From NCBI GenBank assembly GCA_010093995.1, contig ML992501.1, positions 764,227-828,226 on the forward strand: a DNA stretch of 64,000 bases, given 5' to 3'. The translations under genes were made by a program, and so were the position numbers. This DNA is from Elsinoe ampelina. Taxonomy: Eukaryota. Under the pieces are notes generated by a model that did not search any database, was not told the origin of the DNA, and was given only the letters and a program-made list of their open reading frames with translations. This document shows, one piece after another, positions 49,850 through 61,500 of the stretch (the first letter of the stretch is position 1; the number at the start of each line of letters is the position of its first letter).

Positions 49850-50611
49850 ATGACAGTCCAACACCCTACCATGGTACGCCGATCCATCAACACCATGCCA
49901 CCTTCTCCACCCTCATCGACCTCACCAAAGGAGGTCAGGTTCGCCGCAGCAGACGTCTCCATCCCAACTGGAATGCGCATCTTGAATCCACAGGAAAAGG
50001 CCTCTGTCACGCACTTCGAGGGTCACGCTGCCACCTGCCGTCATTGCCAGGATGCCTATCACCGCTTCAAAGCCGGCAAGATCATGTGCGCTCACGGTGC
50101 TGCCCTCATCAGCGATGTGAACAACCACATTGTCCGCTATCATAGTGAGATCTTCTCACGACGAGATCCAACAGTCCGCATCTCAATGCCTACCGAGTTC
50201 AAACACATCGACGACGCCCTCAAGCTCATCGAGAAGAAAGGTCCACGCGCACCATTCGGCCTTGACGACAAGAAGATCAAGAAGGAAGCCGAAGGACGGA
50301 GTCACCACAGCAGCAGCAAGAAGGACAAGCACAAGCGAGTAGACTCTCACGGCTCCGCCAGCTACACCCAGGATCAGTACGCTGCCGCTCAAGCCTTTTA
50401 CCCTTCGTCACCATTCAGCGTCCGGAACATGTCCCCCTCCTCTTCCCGCACATCCAGCACAGAATCTCGGCGACCAAGATCTTTCGAATTGGACCAGGCT
50501 TACGGTCAACGGTCGGAATCTGTCGCCGCTACTATTGGCACAAGGGCACCAGCCTACGACACCAAGGACTTCAAACCATCATTATCCAGACACAAAAGCC
50601 ATCGCAGGTGA
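49850..50611 (+). CDS. Hypothetical protein with H-x3-CxxC..C motif and Ser/Arg-rich tail
   Basis: ATG 49850 within ORF 49742-50611. FEGHAATCRHCQDAY..MCAHG motif and coding-like codon usage. Confidence 0.7.
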   Translation: MTVQHPTMVRRSINTMPPSPPSSTSPKEVRFAAADVSIPTGMRILNPQEKASVTHFEGHAATCRHCQDAYHRFKAGKIMCAHGAALISDVNNHIVRYHSEIFSRRDPTVRISMPTEFKHIDDALKLIEKKGPRAPFGLDDKKIKKEAEGRSHHSSSKKDKHKRVDSHGSASYTQDQYAAAQAFYPSSPFSVRNMSPSSSRTSSTESRRPRSFELDQAYGQRSESVAATIGTRAPAYDTKDFKPSLSRHKSHRR

Positions 50612-51133
50612 TGGACACAGTCAGCCATCGTCGTAGATGCTCGGGATAGAGAACGATTCATTACGCCGTTTATTACGATTATTGGGATTGGATATTTGCA
50701 CTTTACGATACCTGCTCTCCTCTTCATACAGCATGAATCGAGGATCGAGCTTTCTGTTTATGCGTTTCTTTGGCATCGGACCAGACAATTGAGATACCCT
50801 TCGCTCCATAGAGCAGAATGTACAACCAGCCTTTTGGCAATACCACCTACTCCTCTTTGCCTGAATTCTCCTTCATGACTAGTCTCAACAATTATTACGT
50901 TGCAGGAGTCATCAGCATGCACGCAAACGTCACCCCGCCAGGCACTGTGCACCTCCAAGCCGCGAATGCACATGTCAATGCGAGAAATGCCCCTCGTTCG
51001 CCAATCATGGCGTGAAACTGGAATGCCTGAATTCCTGCCTTATTACGACTGCATATGCGGGCGGTAGAGCAAGGTTCACCTAGACGACGACGGACACGAG
51101 ATGGCGCTCGTCACTGATCGACGCCAACCTGAA

Positions 51134-51588
51134 ATGGCAAAGGGTGAGTGTTCAAGCCACAAGCTGTGGCTTTGGACAAGCGAAAGATTGGAAAGGATGA
51201 GAGGCTGTGCGGGGGGCCTCGCTCAGCCCTCTCTTCGAATTCACCTTTGTCTGCTTATGGATCAACCAACATCATGCAGTATCAAACGGGATCGATTCCA
51301 TACGATCCTATCGAGATCGATAGTGATAGGGACTTCTCGATAATACTATTCGCGAAGAACTCGACGTTTGACCTTTCCAAGCACTCCCTGGATCCAACCA
51401 CGATGAAAGAGGATCTGCAGCGTGCTCAAACTAGTAGGAAGGTACTGATGGCCCATGGACGACGCTTCCATACAAGCTTGCAGAGAACCATGCTCAATGA
51501 GACAATCTATCTTCACCCAGATGGCCACTTTACAGACGAGAGTTACCATCCTTCTTCGCCAGACAATGTATTCGTTCTCTGGAAATGA
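51134..51588 (+). CDS. Possible small hypothetical protein
   Basis: ATG followed by a GTGAGT donor, and an open frame ..GSIPYDPIEIDSD..IYLHPDGHF..VLWK*. Splicing not resolved. Confidence 0.3.
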
Positions 51589-52403
51589 CTACCACAATTC
51601 GACCCGCCATAAGGTATGCCTTCTCTATACCCATGAGATGAAAGTATGAATGGTCGTCTCCAAGTGCCGAAACATCAAGCTGGTGGCACCGCGAGGATTA
51701 CATGGACGACATTGAGCTGTGTAGCCACCTACCGATTACCTGTCATGGCATCAGTCTAGAGATTGCCGCTGCAAACCGCATATCATCATGCTCGAAAGAT
51801 AAAGGGTAGGCAATGTTGCATGCATGTATTAGAGTCGTCCGCTCCAAGACGGTACCGTATCAAATCGACCAGTGGCCCCTGTGATCAATCCGACACCACT
51901 CATTGAGTAACAATCTTCCAGGGCCTTCATCTGACCAATCGTCTTTACTCATCGAGTTCTGACAGAGTAACGATGAGGGCGGAACTCGTGTCTTAGACCC
52001 GGATCCCCAGGGACTCCCCCTCCACACCCCAGACGCCAGAGCCAATACCTTCTCCCGACAAACAACGACCCCGGACCGCCCACATGGAGAGCGCATGCTT
52101 GAAGCGAACAAGCTTCGGCGACAGAAGCTTGTCTGGACGTGCACACGGGAAAATGCTCCACTAATTCCTCAAACCACCAGTATGGTTGGTTCAGAACGCG
52201 GAGATCTGCATACAACGCCGTGATATCCGGGCTTCAGCAGACAGCGTCGTCATCTTTATGCAGCTGCACGGTAGATTCTGCAATTTGCCCGGCAGCAAAG
52301 GAAACACGAAACGAACACCCTCTTCTACCCCAGAATCCCCGCCTCCAATGCATATCGCATCTTCCCTCCTTCCCAGCAGGTGCAACACCCCACCAACCTC
52401 ACC

Positions 52404-53986
52404 ATGGCGACAACCACCAAACCCCCGTCCCCTCCCTCCTCCACCGTCTCCCACCTCGAACACCAACCCCCCGAACACTCCTCCGTCCCAACCGCCCACC
52501 TCTCCGAATCCCACAAACAATACCTCCTCGCCCGCCACGGCACCCTCACCCTCCACCCCCTCCCCACCGCCCACGACTCGGACCCCTACAACTTCCCCCA
52601 CTGGCAAAAAACCACCAACCTCCTCCTCGTCGCCTTCCACGCCATGACCGCCACCTTCACCGCCTCGGCCATCCAAAGCGCCTACCCCGCCATCGCCGCG
52701 GACCTGGCCATCTCCCTGCAAAAAACCACCTACCTCACGTCCCTCCAGATCGCCATCCTCGGCGGGGCGCCCTTGTTCTGGCGCCCGCTCTCGCAGCGCT
52801 ACGGACGCCGCCCCGTCTTCCTGCTCAGTCTGATCTGCAGTCTGGTGGGCAACGTCGGGTGCGCGGTGTCGAGGACTTTCGCGACGCAGGCACTGTGTCG
52901 GGCCATCGTGGCGTGGTTCATCAGTCCCGCTGCCGGGATCGGGAGTGCGGTTGTGCAGGAGACGTTTTTCGAGAGGGAGAGGGCGAGGTATATGGGCTGG
53001 TGGACGTTGATGGTCACGTTGGGGGTGCCGATTGCGCCGTTTTTGTTTGGGTTTGTGGCGCAGAGGGTCGAGTATAGGTGGATTTATTGGATTTTGGCGA
53101 TTGTGAGTAGAGAAGAGAAGGTGATGAGGGATGGTACTGACTGGAGTAGATGAATGGTGTGCAGTTTGTGTTGTACTTCTTCTTGGGGCCCGAGACGAGG
53201 TATGTCCGGACTGGAGTGGAGCATTCCACTTCGGATCTGAAGGCAAAGTACTGGGAGTTCAAGCGGTTGGATCCGACACCGATGCGACTGAAGGACTTCT
53301 ACTCTCCGCTTGTGCTAGCGGCTCGACCGGTAGTGTTGATCCCTGCTGCAGCGTACAGCATGGTCTTTCTGCTTGCTGGAGTCCTCCCAACAGTCGAGGT
53401 CGCACAGCTTTTTGCGGAAAAATTCGAGTTCGATGCCCAGCAGCTCGGACTCCAGTATCTCGGCTTCATCATCGGTGGCGTGATTGGAGAACAACTAGCT
53501 GGCCCACTCAGCGATTGGTGGATGCGGCGAGGCGTAAAAGATGGTAAGGTGAGGCCCGGAAACGAGCACAGGCTCTGGCTTGCATATCCAGGATTCGCAC
53601 TCGCCGTGGTAGGTATAACAGTCTTCCTGGTACAGACTGATCGACTTCCTCCACTGCATTACAACGTCACACCAATTGTAGGTGCAGCCATCGCAGCCGC
53701 TGGTAATCAGATCGTCACAACCATCTTGGTGACCTACGCCGTGGACTGCTATCCGCAAGAAGCAGGAAGCGTGGGTGTCTTCGTCACCTTCGTGAGGCAG
53801 ATCTGGGGCTTCTTGGGCCCGTTCTACTTCCCACAAATGTTTGCCAATGTTGGACTGCGAGGATCCGCCGGCATATGTGCAACTTTGATCATTGGGGCAG
53901 CGATTCTACCAACGGCAGTGCTACAGCTGAGCGGAAGGAAGTGGAGAAGAACCAGAGACGCCAGAGGACTGGATGAGAAAGACTGA
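52404..53986 (+). CDS. MFS transporter (DHA1 drug:H+ antiporter-like), 2 exons
   Basis: YLLARHGTLTLHPLPTAHDSDPYNFP, LSQRYGRRPVFL, ETFFERERARYMGWW, PETRY and ~12 hydrophobic segments. Intron 53103-53149. Confidence 0.92.
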
Positions 53987-54003
53987 TCATTGGATCGAAA
54001 GTC

Positions 54004-56341
54004 TTAGCCGGGCGCAGGTCCAAAGCTGTTGTCCCAGGAGAAGTCCTGCTGTGGGAAATTGAACAGCGTTGGATCTTGAGCCTCGCCCGTGTTGAGCAGG
54101 GTATCCCAAGCGCTCTGCAAACTGTCAGCAAGGATCAAGATGGCCAGCAGCGATAGCTCTCACCCAGTCTATAGTTGCAGTCACATCGTTCATCGGGGTG
54201 TCAAAAATATCGTCAAAGGAGACATTGTCAAATCCTGCATGTGCTCCATCACCACCAGATTGTATCGAGGAGGTTTGGAAAGCAGGTCCGACAGTCGTGG
54301 TACTCATTTGTGTAGGCACTTGATGTGCATCACGTGGAGAGTCGCTGCCCATCATGGCAGGTACAGTCCGTTTGAGCTTGCTTCCACTCCGACGACTGCC
54401 AGGGTGTTCTGTCTGAGATCTGGATTGCTCAAGTAGGTGCGATAATGCTTTTGCGGCTCGCCGAGCTTTCATTGGTGCTCGTTCCCAATTGCTTCAGATT
54501 TCTGTCGATTTCTCCAGGGCATCCATCATAGATTTTCGCTCTTCCTGAATGCTCGATTCTGGTCCATCCGACTCTGCCCTGTGCTTGCTATGAGAGAGCT
54601 CAACCCCAACGACAATACCCCCCAAGATGAAGCAGTCCATACAATCCCGTATTTGCTGGTAATGGATGGATTCGAGTTGTCCGCCCTCCCAGATAGCCTC
54701 ACCAAGGACGAGATGGATGTTGACGATCTCAAGTGCGGCTCCGAGACATAGCTTTCTTTCAAGATGATCTGTCGTGCCAAGATGGCGTCGGAAAAGGACG
54801 CAAATGTTTTCAGACGGAACAATTCCACCTTGATTCGCTCCATGATCAATTGTGTATCACCGAATGATTGATCAAGTGACTTCATGCGAAATATGCTTGG
54901 CGTATCCTCATGGATTCTTGTGAGTTGAGCATTTAGCTTATGAGCTATGGCAGGGTCCGGTCGGTCAGAAGAGTTGGATAGTGATACAGCCTCTGCGAAT
55001 ATAAGTATCATGTGGCCCATGATAATGCTGGATGCGATGAAGGTCTTCTCCGACGCCGGCCGCGGTGGTGGGAGATGCTCAGATTGTGTAGAAAAGTCCG
55101 AGTCTTCCAGGTTGAGTGGCATGGCCGTGTTTGCTTGTAGCGCCCGGATGACACTAACGAGTCCGATCTGATAGCTGAAGATGATATCCAAGTGGCAGAT
55201 GGCTAACCAGATCCTTCGCCGAATCTCTGCCACGAAAGGTGTTACATCAGAGCGGCCACCAGCATCGCGAAACATTCCCATCCTCGTTGCGAGACGAGTG
55301 ACAAGTCCAAGCTGTAACCATAACTTGAGCTGATCGGCATCACTCTTAGTCTGGCCGTACCTGATCAACAATATGAGAGCTTCTAGGAGGTAAAATTTTG
55401 GCCGGGCATAGTCAGCAAGGATGACAGCATGCGTAGCCATCTCGTGGAAGGTCTCTCCAGGGTGGGGCTCCGATGACTCGGGAGGTGATTTACGTGAATA
55501 CTGATCGCCTAGCGCGAGGATGTCGAAGAGGACGGCGAGCCAAACTGGAGAGGCTGCTGTGGGATTCTCCCAGAAGGCAGTGTACTACGACCATTAGTCT
55601 CGTTAGTGGGTACTGCGCAACTGCCCACTTGCCTGCTGCTGGAAAGTCGGAACATGCACAATATCTCGCAAACGATAAGCGCGGTTCAGAGTAGATGTTC
55701 AATGAACTTACACCTGTACGTGTCACAGGACATGAAGAATGCTGCAATCAGCTTGTCACAAGTTTCGCTGGAACATAGGCGAGCAAATCATCCACGGTGT
55801 ATGCACTGGGCCCAGGGAAAAACAGATCAGGTGTCCCTCGGCTTCCACTAGAGGTGGTAGGCTGGGTCAAAACTCCAGGGAGGGTGGAGGAAACCACATC
55901 GGGGTCGTCGTCAAGATGAGTCTTGATCTCGGCAATTTCGTTGACAAGGCTCTCCCAGTGAGCTGGACCGACGAAAGCAGTCTCACTGTCTGTAATCTTC
56001 AGGCGGCCCTGCGAACCCGTGGGAGGTTGAGAAGAAGTATCGCTAGACTGGTCTGCAGTGGACGGAGTTGCAGCTTCGGCAGCCTTGTCAACTCTGGTCG
56101 TGATGCCTCCGAGATCTTTTACCATCTGCTCAAGACTATCCAGTCGCCTTCGCATGGCCTGCGATTGCGACTTGTAGGCCAAGGATTCTTGCATTGAGCT
56201 CGAGTAGACGCATTGAGGCTCGCGAGACCTTCGTACACATTCCCGACACGGTAGCGCCCGGTCGCATCGTAATTTGCCAGTCCTGCATGGTTTGCAGCTT
56301 TTCTGCGGACGCTGGCGGCGTTTAATTTCATTTTGACTCAT
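54004..56341 (-). pseudogene. Zn(II)2Cys6 fungal transcription factor, apparently disrupted
   Basis: SCKPCRTGKLRCDRALPCRECVRRSREPQC zinc cluster and Fungal_trans region (RMGMFRD..EIRRRIWLAICHLD). Needs frame changes near 55770 and 54805 and read-through of a TGA at 54494-54496. Confidence 0.8.
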
Positions 56342-56367
56342 GGCACATGTGTGAAGGACAAAGGAAG

Positions 56368-58072
56368 TGTTGACTTGTGTGGGGGAGGAAAAAAGGATTA
56401 ATTACTGCCTAAACCACCAAAATGAGGTAGATTATAACTACATAAATACTTAACCTGGTATACTAAAAGATAGCTAAATCAAAAGAACTTCTTAATAGTA
56501 GCAGATTAAGACAATAATTATCTAATTTAATTATAGATTAGTAAAATAGTAAGATAGTGTTTAGTTTAACCTTGGGATAAACTAAATCAGGGTCTTCTTA
56601 GCGCTCTAGCTTATACCTCGGTTAATATACCCCTTTACTAAGTAGCTATAACTCTATAATAGCTAGTTAGTAGACTACTAACTCGAGGGATAGCTATTAT
56701 AAGAAGGCCTTATACCTCCTAGGTAGTAATAATTTAGTAAATCCATTAGCTAAGATATCTACTAATAGTGTCTATATAACTAAGATAGGACTAGATAGAT
56801 CTCTAGCTTAATTAATCTCTTGTTTTAGCTAATAATAATAAATATTAATATAGTAAAGATATATATTTAGCTTCTTAATTAAAGTAGTAATAAGACTAAT
56901 AGTTTACTAATTATTATACTAAATACTAACATGTTTAAGGGGATAGATAAAGGCTATTAGCCTCCTCTACTACATAGCTTACTTAGTAGTCTCTATAAGA
57001 GTAAGTAGCTTAGCCTCTATAGTTAATATTATAACTATTAATTACTTTATAGCCTTCTAGTTAATTAATCCTTAAAACATCTTAAAGAGATAGCCTTAAA
57101 AGCTCTTCCTTATTAGGTAGCTACTAAAGCTAGTATCTAATAAAGCTTAAAAGATTAGTAGTAGTATTAAGCTATTAAAGGTAAGAGCTAAATTCTTAGT
57201 TTTATAGAAATATTAGATTACTCTATTTACTATCCTCTAGTAAGTTAGTAATAGATTTATTAGATGCTCTAACAATCTAGAAGTAGTAAAGGCTATATTA
57301 GGCCTTATAATAACTACTACAAAGTTAATAGATTCAACCTTTTACTAATATAAGTAGATCTCCTATAGTAATACTTAGCCTTTATAAGGTTTAAGTATCT
57401 TAATTAGTAGTAGTATTAACACTAGCCTTATTAGTTCTATAATAAACTTACTATATATCTATTATATATACTAGGCTTAGCTAAGCTAGAGTCTCTTTAT
57501 TAGTCTATCCCTTATAACTTAGATAGCTAGAAACTAGCTTAGATCTTTAAGCACCTTTATCTTATATTTAGTATAGAGAGCTATAATAATAGTATTAGCT
57601 TTCTCCTTATACTTCTTAAGATATATAATAGTAATATTATCTATAAAGAAGAAGATTATTACTTTAGGTATTATCTAGAGGTATAGAGCCTTAGAGGCTT
57701 AAGTAAATCTAATACTCTTTAGAGTAGTAGTAAATTTAGTATACTAGAGAGCTAGGGCTTACTTTAGGCTATATAGTGCCTTATTAAGCAATAAAATTGC
57801 CTCTAATAGAGTAATACTAGGATAGTCCTTTATAAGATTCTCTACTACTAGCTTAAATCTAGTAGGGATAGTATAGTAGGTAGTCTTATTAATAGAACTA
57901 TTAATATAAGTATTAATAACATCTATCTAAATAGCCTTTATATCTTTATAAGTAAGTAATACTATAAGCATTCTAAAGATCTTAGCTACTAGAGTTACTA
58001 TATAAGTCTTAGATTCTATTAATTAAAGATTACTTCTTATATAGACTTTTACTTTATACTTTATAACCTTTC
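56368..58072 (-). mobile_element. Second Ty1/Copia element (3' part: RT, RNase H, probable 3' LTR), RIP-inactivated
   Basis: Minus-strand degenerate K.K..VRGDLQ (~58030), IIFFFVDD-like (~57645) and ADGFTK (~56745). Reversed purine tract cccctt at ~56630. Left boundary uncertain (tgttgac 56368 .. gttaata 56627 would be the LTR). Confidence 0.8.
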
Positions 58073-58535
58073 TATTACGAACTAGTAGGACAGCTAGAAC
58101 GTAGGGACGTTAGGACCAATTAAGCTACTAAGATTATTACGTGACCTAGCCCGACATTTACTTAGTTCTCTATCTTCTCTAGTAGCTCTACCTCTAAAAC
58201 TATAGAGCGCATAGGTTACTAGTAGACGTGTACTCTGTATTACTCCTAACTCTTACTATAGAGTATATAGAGCACACAGAGAACGTAATAGAGAATATAT
58301 ATATATAGGAACAGTTCTTACCTTATGTAAGTACTATAGTTAACCTTGTCTAGATAGTAAACACTAGTATTACTAAGGCTAGCCTTTGTAATACTATCTA
58401 ATTGTACTTTATTATCTATAAGATATACCTTCTCTAACTCTTACCTTAGTGCTATACTACTATAGAAGTAGAACTCTCTTATTCTTAGCTTAGCTTAGAC
58501 TACTAGTGTAGACTATATTTAGATAGTTCGTAACA
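58073..58535 (+). repeat. Gypsy-2 5' LTR (~463 bp)
   Basis: Terminal inverted repeats tattacgaact (<tgttacgaact) and agttcgtaaca. The partner LTR lies outside the window. Confidence 0.75.
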
Positions 58536-61500
58536 TTTTAACTACTCTTACTATAGCATAGTACATTACAAGGTTAATAAGTAACTCTTGCTCTAAGTTA
58601 CTATTAGCATCTTCGATCGCTAGTAAGCTAGAAAAGCTTACTATTAATAACATGTCTACTACTAGTTTAACCTCGGGTAAGTATAGAAGGTCTTTTAGTA
58701 TAGAGGAAGGACAGAGTAAGCCTAAGTTAGAAGTAGAACTCTTTTATAGGGACCGCGCCTACTTAAGGCGCTTCCTTGTTTAACTTAAAGCCTTTTTTGC
58801 TCTAGAGAGGAATAAGTACGCTAACAACGCAGTAAAGGTCCTCTATGCTAGGATACACCTTAAAGGCGCTACCTTCGGGTAGTTCGAGCCTTATATAAGT
58901 AGCTACCTAGATAGATAACTAGGCCTAGATATAAAGGCTATCTTTAAGAGCTTTAGTATCTTCTAGGCAAAGATTAAGTAAGTCTTTAATATATCTAACA
59001 AGGAACGTATCGCTATAATAAAGATCTAACAATTATAACAACGTAGGTCTATAGCCTAGTACTATTCCTAGTTCTAACAACTCGTAATGTACCTAGACTA
59101 GAACAATAGTACTAAACACTTAGTATTCTATTAAGGACTAAGTAACTTAGTTAAAGACTAAATAATACTTAAGCTGCCTAATAGCCTTTAGGAACTAGTA
59201 GACACTATAATTACTATTAATAACAGACTTTACAAACGACATATAGAACGTTATAGAGAATATAAGGTAAATACTAGATATACGTATTCCTCCCGAAACT
59301 ATAGAGACCCTATAGAACTTAATACTATACGTAAAGGCTGCCCCTTATAAGTATAAGGCTATAGCTATAGAGGAAAGTTCCTTAGTAGAAAAGAGAGAGA
59401 GAAGTACAGACGAGATAATCTATATTTTAAGTATAAAAGACCTAGGCATCGGGCTAGAGACTACTAATAAGGGGCGCTAGCTAATAGATTATATATAATA
59501 GTTACTAGGCTAGTAGAGAAAAAGGCTAACACTACTAAAAAAGACCTAACGACCTTTAGCGTAGGTAAGGAAATATAGAAGGGGTCTATAACAACTTAAG
59601 AGGTAATAGAATCCTCTCTAGATGTTATACTTAATATCTCTACGACTAATAGCGAATAACAAAGTTAATACGTAATACTATTATAGATAGTATATTATAA
59701 TAACTCTTATTATATTTACTTATTAGACAAGTAGGGATCTAGTTAGTTCCTATATAAGCTATCTAAGCGTAGGCAACTAACAAAATAGCTAGACTAGGGG
59801 CTTAACCTAGAAAGGCACTCTATAATTAGTAGTAACATTAACTAACCTTAGAAGGTAGTTAGTAACAATTACTAATATATAATTATTAAGATAAAGTATT
59901 AAGACACGAGTGCTATATAACAATATAGTAGCCTTACCTTTAGCCCTTATAGCGAACTACAAGGAAAGGTATATTATATGTTGCTCTAGAAATATACAAA
60001 TTTAGATTATAAATAGTACTATACTATCTACTTATACGATGTACTTAGAGAAGACGCTATTAGTCTTAAATACACTATAGACTTCTCGGTAATCGAGATA
60101 GGTAGTACTATTCCCTATAGCTAAGTAAGAGAATATACTTAGTATAGCCTTACTAATTATAACTACGCTAGAGGTAGTAGCAATAAAGAGGAATATAACA
60201 AAGAATACACTAAACAACTATAATATAATAACATAGATAAGGACTTATCTAACAATAATAACGACGTACTACTATTAGGCGAATAACTTAAAGTATACCT
60301 TATAGGGATATAGAGGAATTATATAATAATATACACCTACTACTAGAATAGGATATAATAAGACAAATCTATATAACTTGTTTTTGTCTTTAATACTAAC
60401 GCCTAGCTATACCCGGAAGGAATAGTTATACCTATATAGGTGTATAACACTACTTAGTGTAACTAGTAGAGAATTATTAGACTTTATAGCTACTAAGGGA
60501 CTTAGGCGCTAGAAGTTTACCTTACTATATTAAATAGCGACAAAACACAACTTGTCTAATAGATATAGTACTAATAGTAGATACGTGTAGGAAGGGATTA
60601 GCTACTTATCTAAGGAGCTACAATGACAAAAAACTAGCTAGTTGTTACCTAATAAGGTAAGACAATAATACTAGCTAAAGCCTTAATATAATAAAGATCT
60701 ACATGTTAAATTACTTTATACTAGAAGTCTAGATATAAGAAAACAAGGTAAGAGCAATAATAGATTTAGGAGCTAACTATAGCTACGTCTCTATAATAAT
60801 TACTAATTAGCTTAAACCTTATTAACATTAGAAGGAGTTACCTTACCTACTTACTATAGCGGATAAAACCTTTATAGGGAAGAATAGAAAAGTTACTTAG
60901 AAACTACGAAACGTTATAATCTAAATCGAAATATATACGGAAAAACAATTAATTGATATAGTTAATATATAGTACAATATAGTACTTAGTATAGACTAGC
61001 TATAATAACATAACCTAGACGTAGACTAGATTAAAGAAACACTCGAATTTTCTAAGTGTAATTATAGAATATAGAGAGTATAATTAGCTCCGCGGATACT
61101 AACTATAAGGACAGTATAAGTACGACTAATAGTTAGAGCTATTACTAGCGTAAGTAATTAAGCACTTCCGCTAGAATATAAAGACTTTAAGGACTTATTT
61201 AAAGAAAGAGAAGGTATCGTAGCCTTACTCTAATATAAACTATAGAATTACGAAATACCTTTTAAAGAGAGTAAATCCCTAATATACTATTAAGGTCTTA
61301 TACTACTATCGAAACAAGAGAAGAATATCCTTAAGAACTATATCGATAAGTACTTACTTAAAGGATTTATACAACTATTAAAATTACCTATTACACACGA
61401 AGTGCTTTTTACACCAAAAAAGGATAGAACATTATAAATATATATTAATTACTAGAAACTTAATACACTTACTAGGAAGAATTACTATTCCCTACTAAGG

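Noticed and set aside
52139..53246. 312-aa and 351-aa ORFs overlapping the MFS gene
   Set aside because: Pro/His- or Gly-rich off-frame and antisense shadows of a clear transporter exon.
60032..60217. 61-aa hydrophobic minus-strand ORF
   Set aside because: Antisense to the RIPed Gypsy gag-pol region; composition is an AT-bias artefact.
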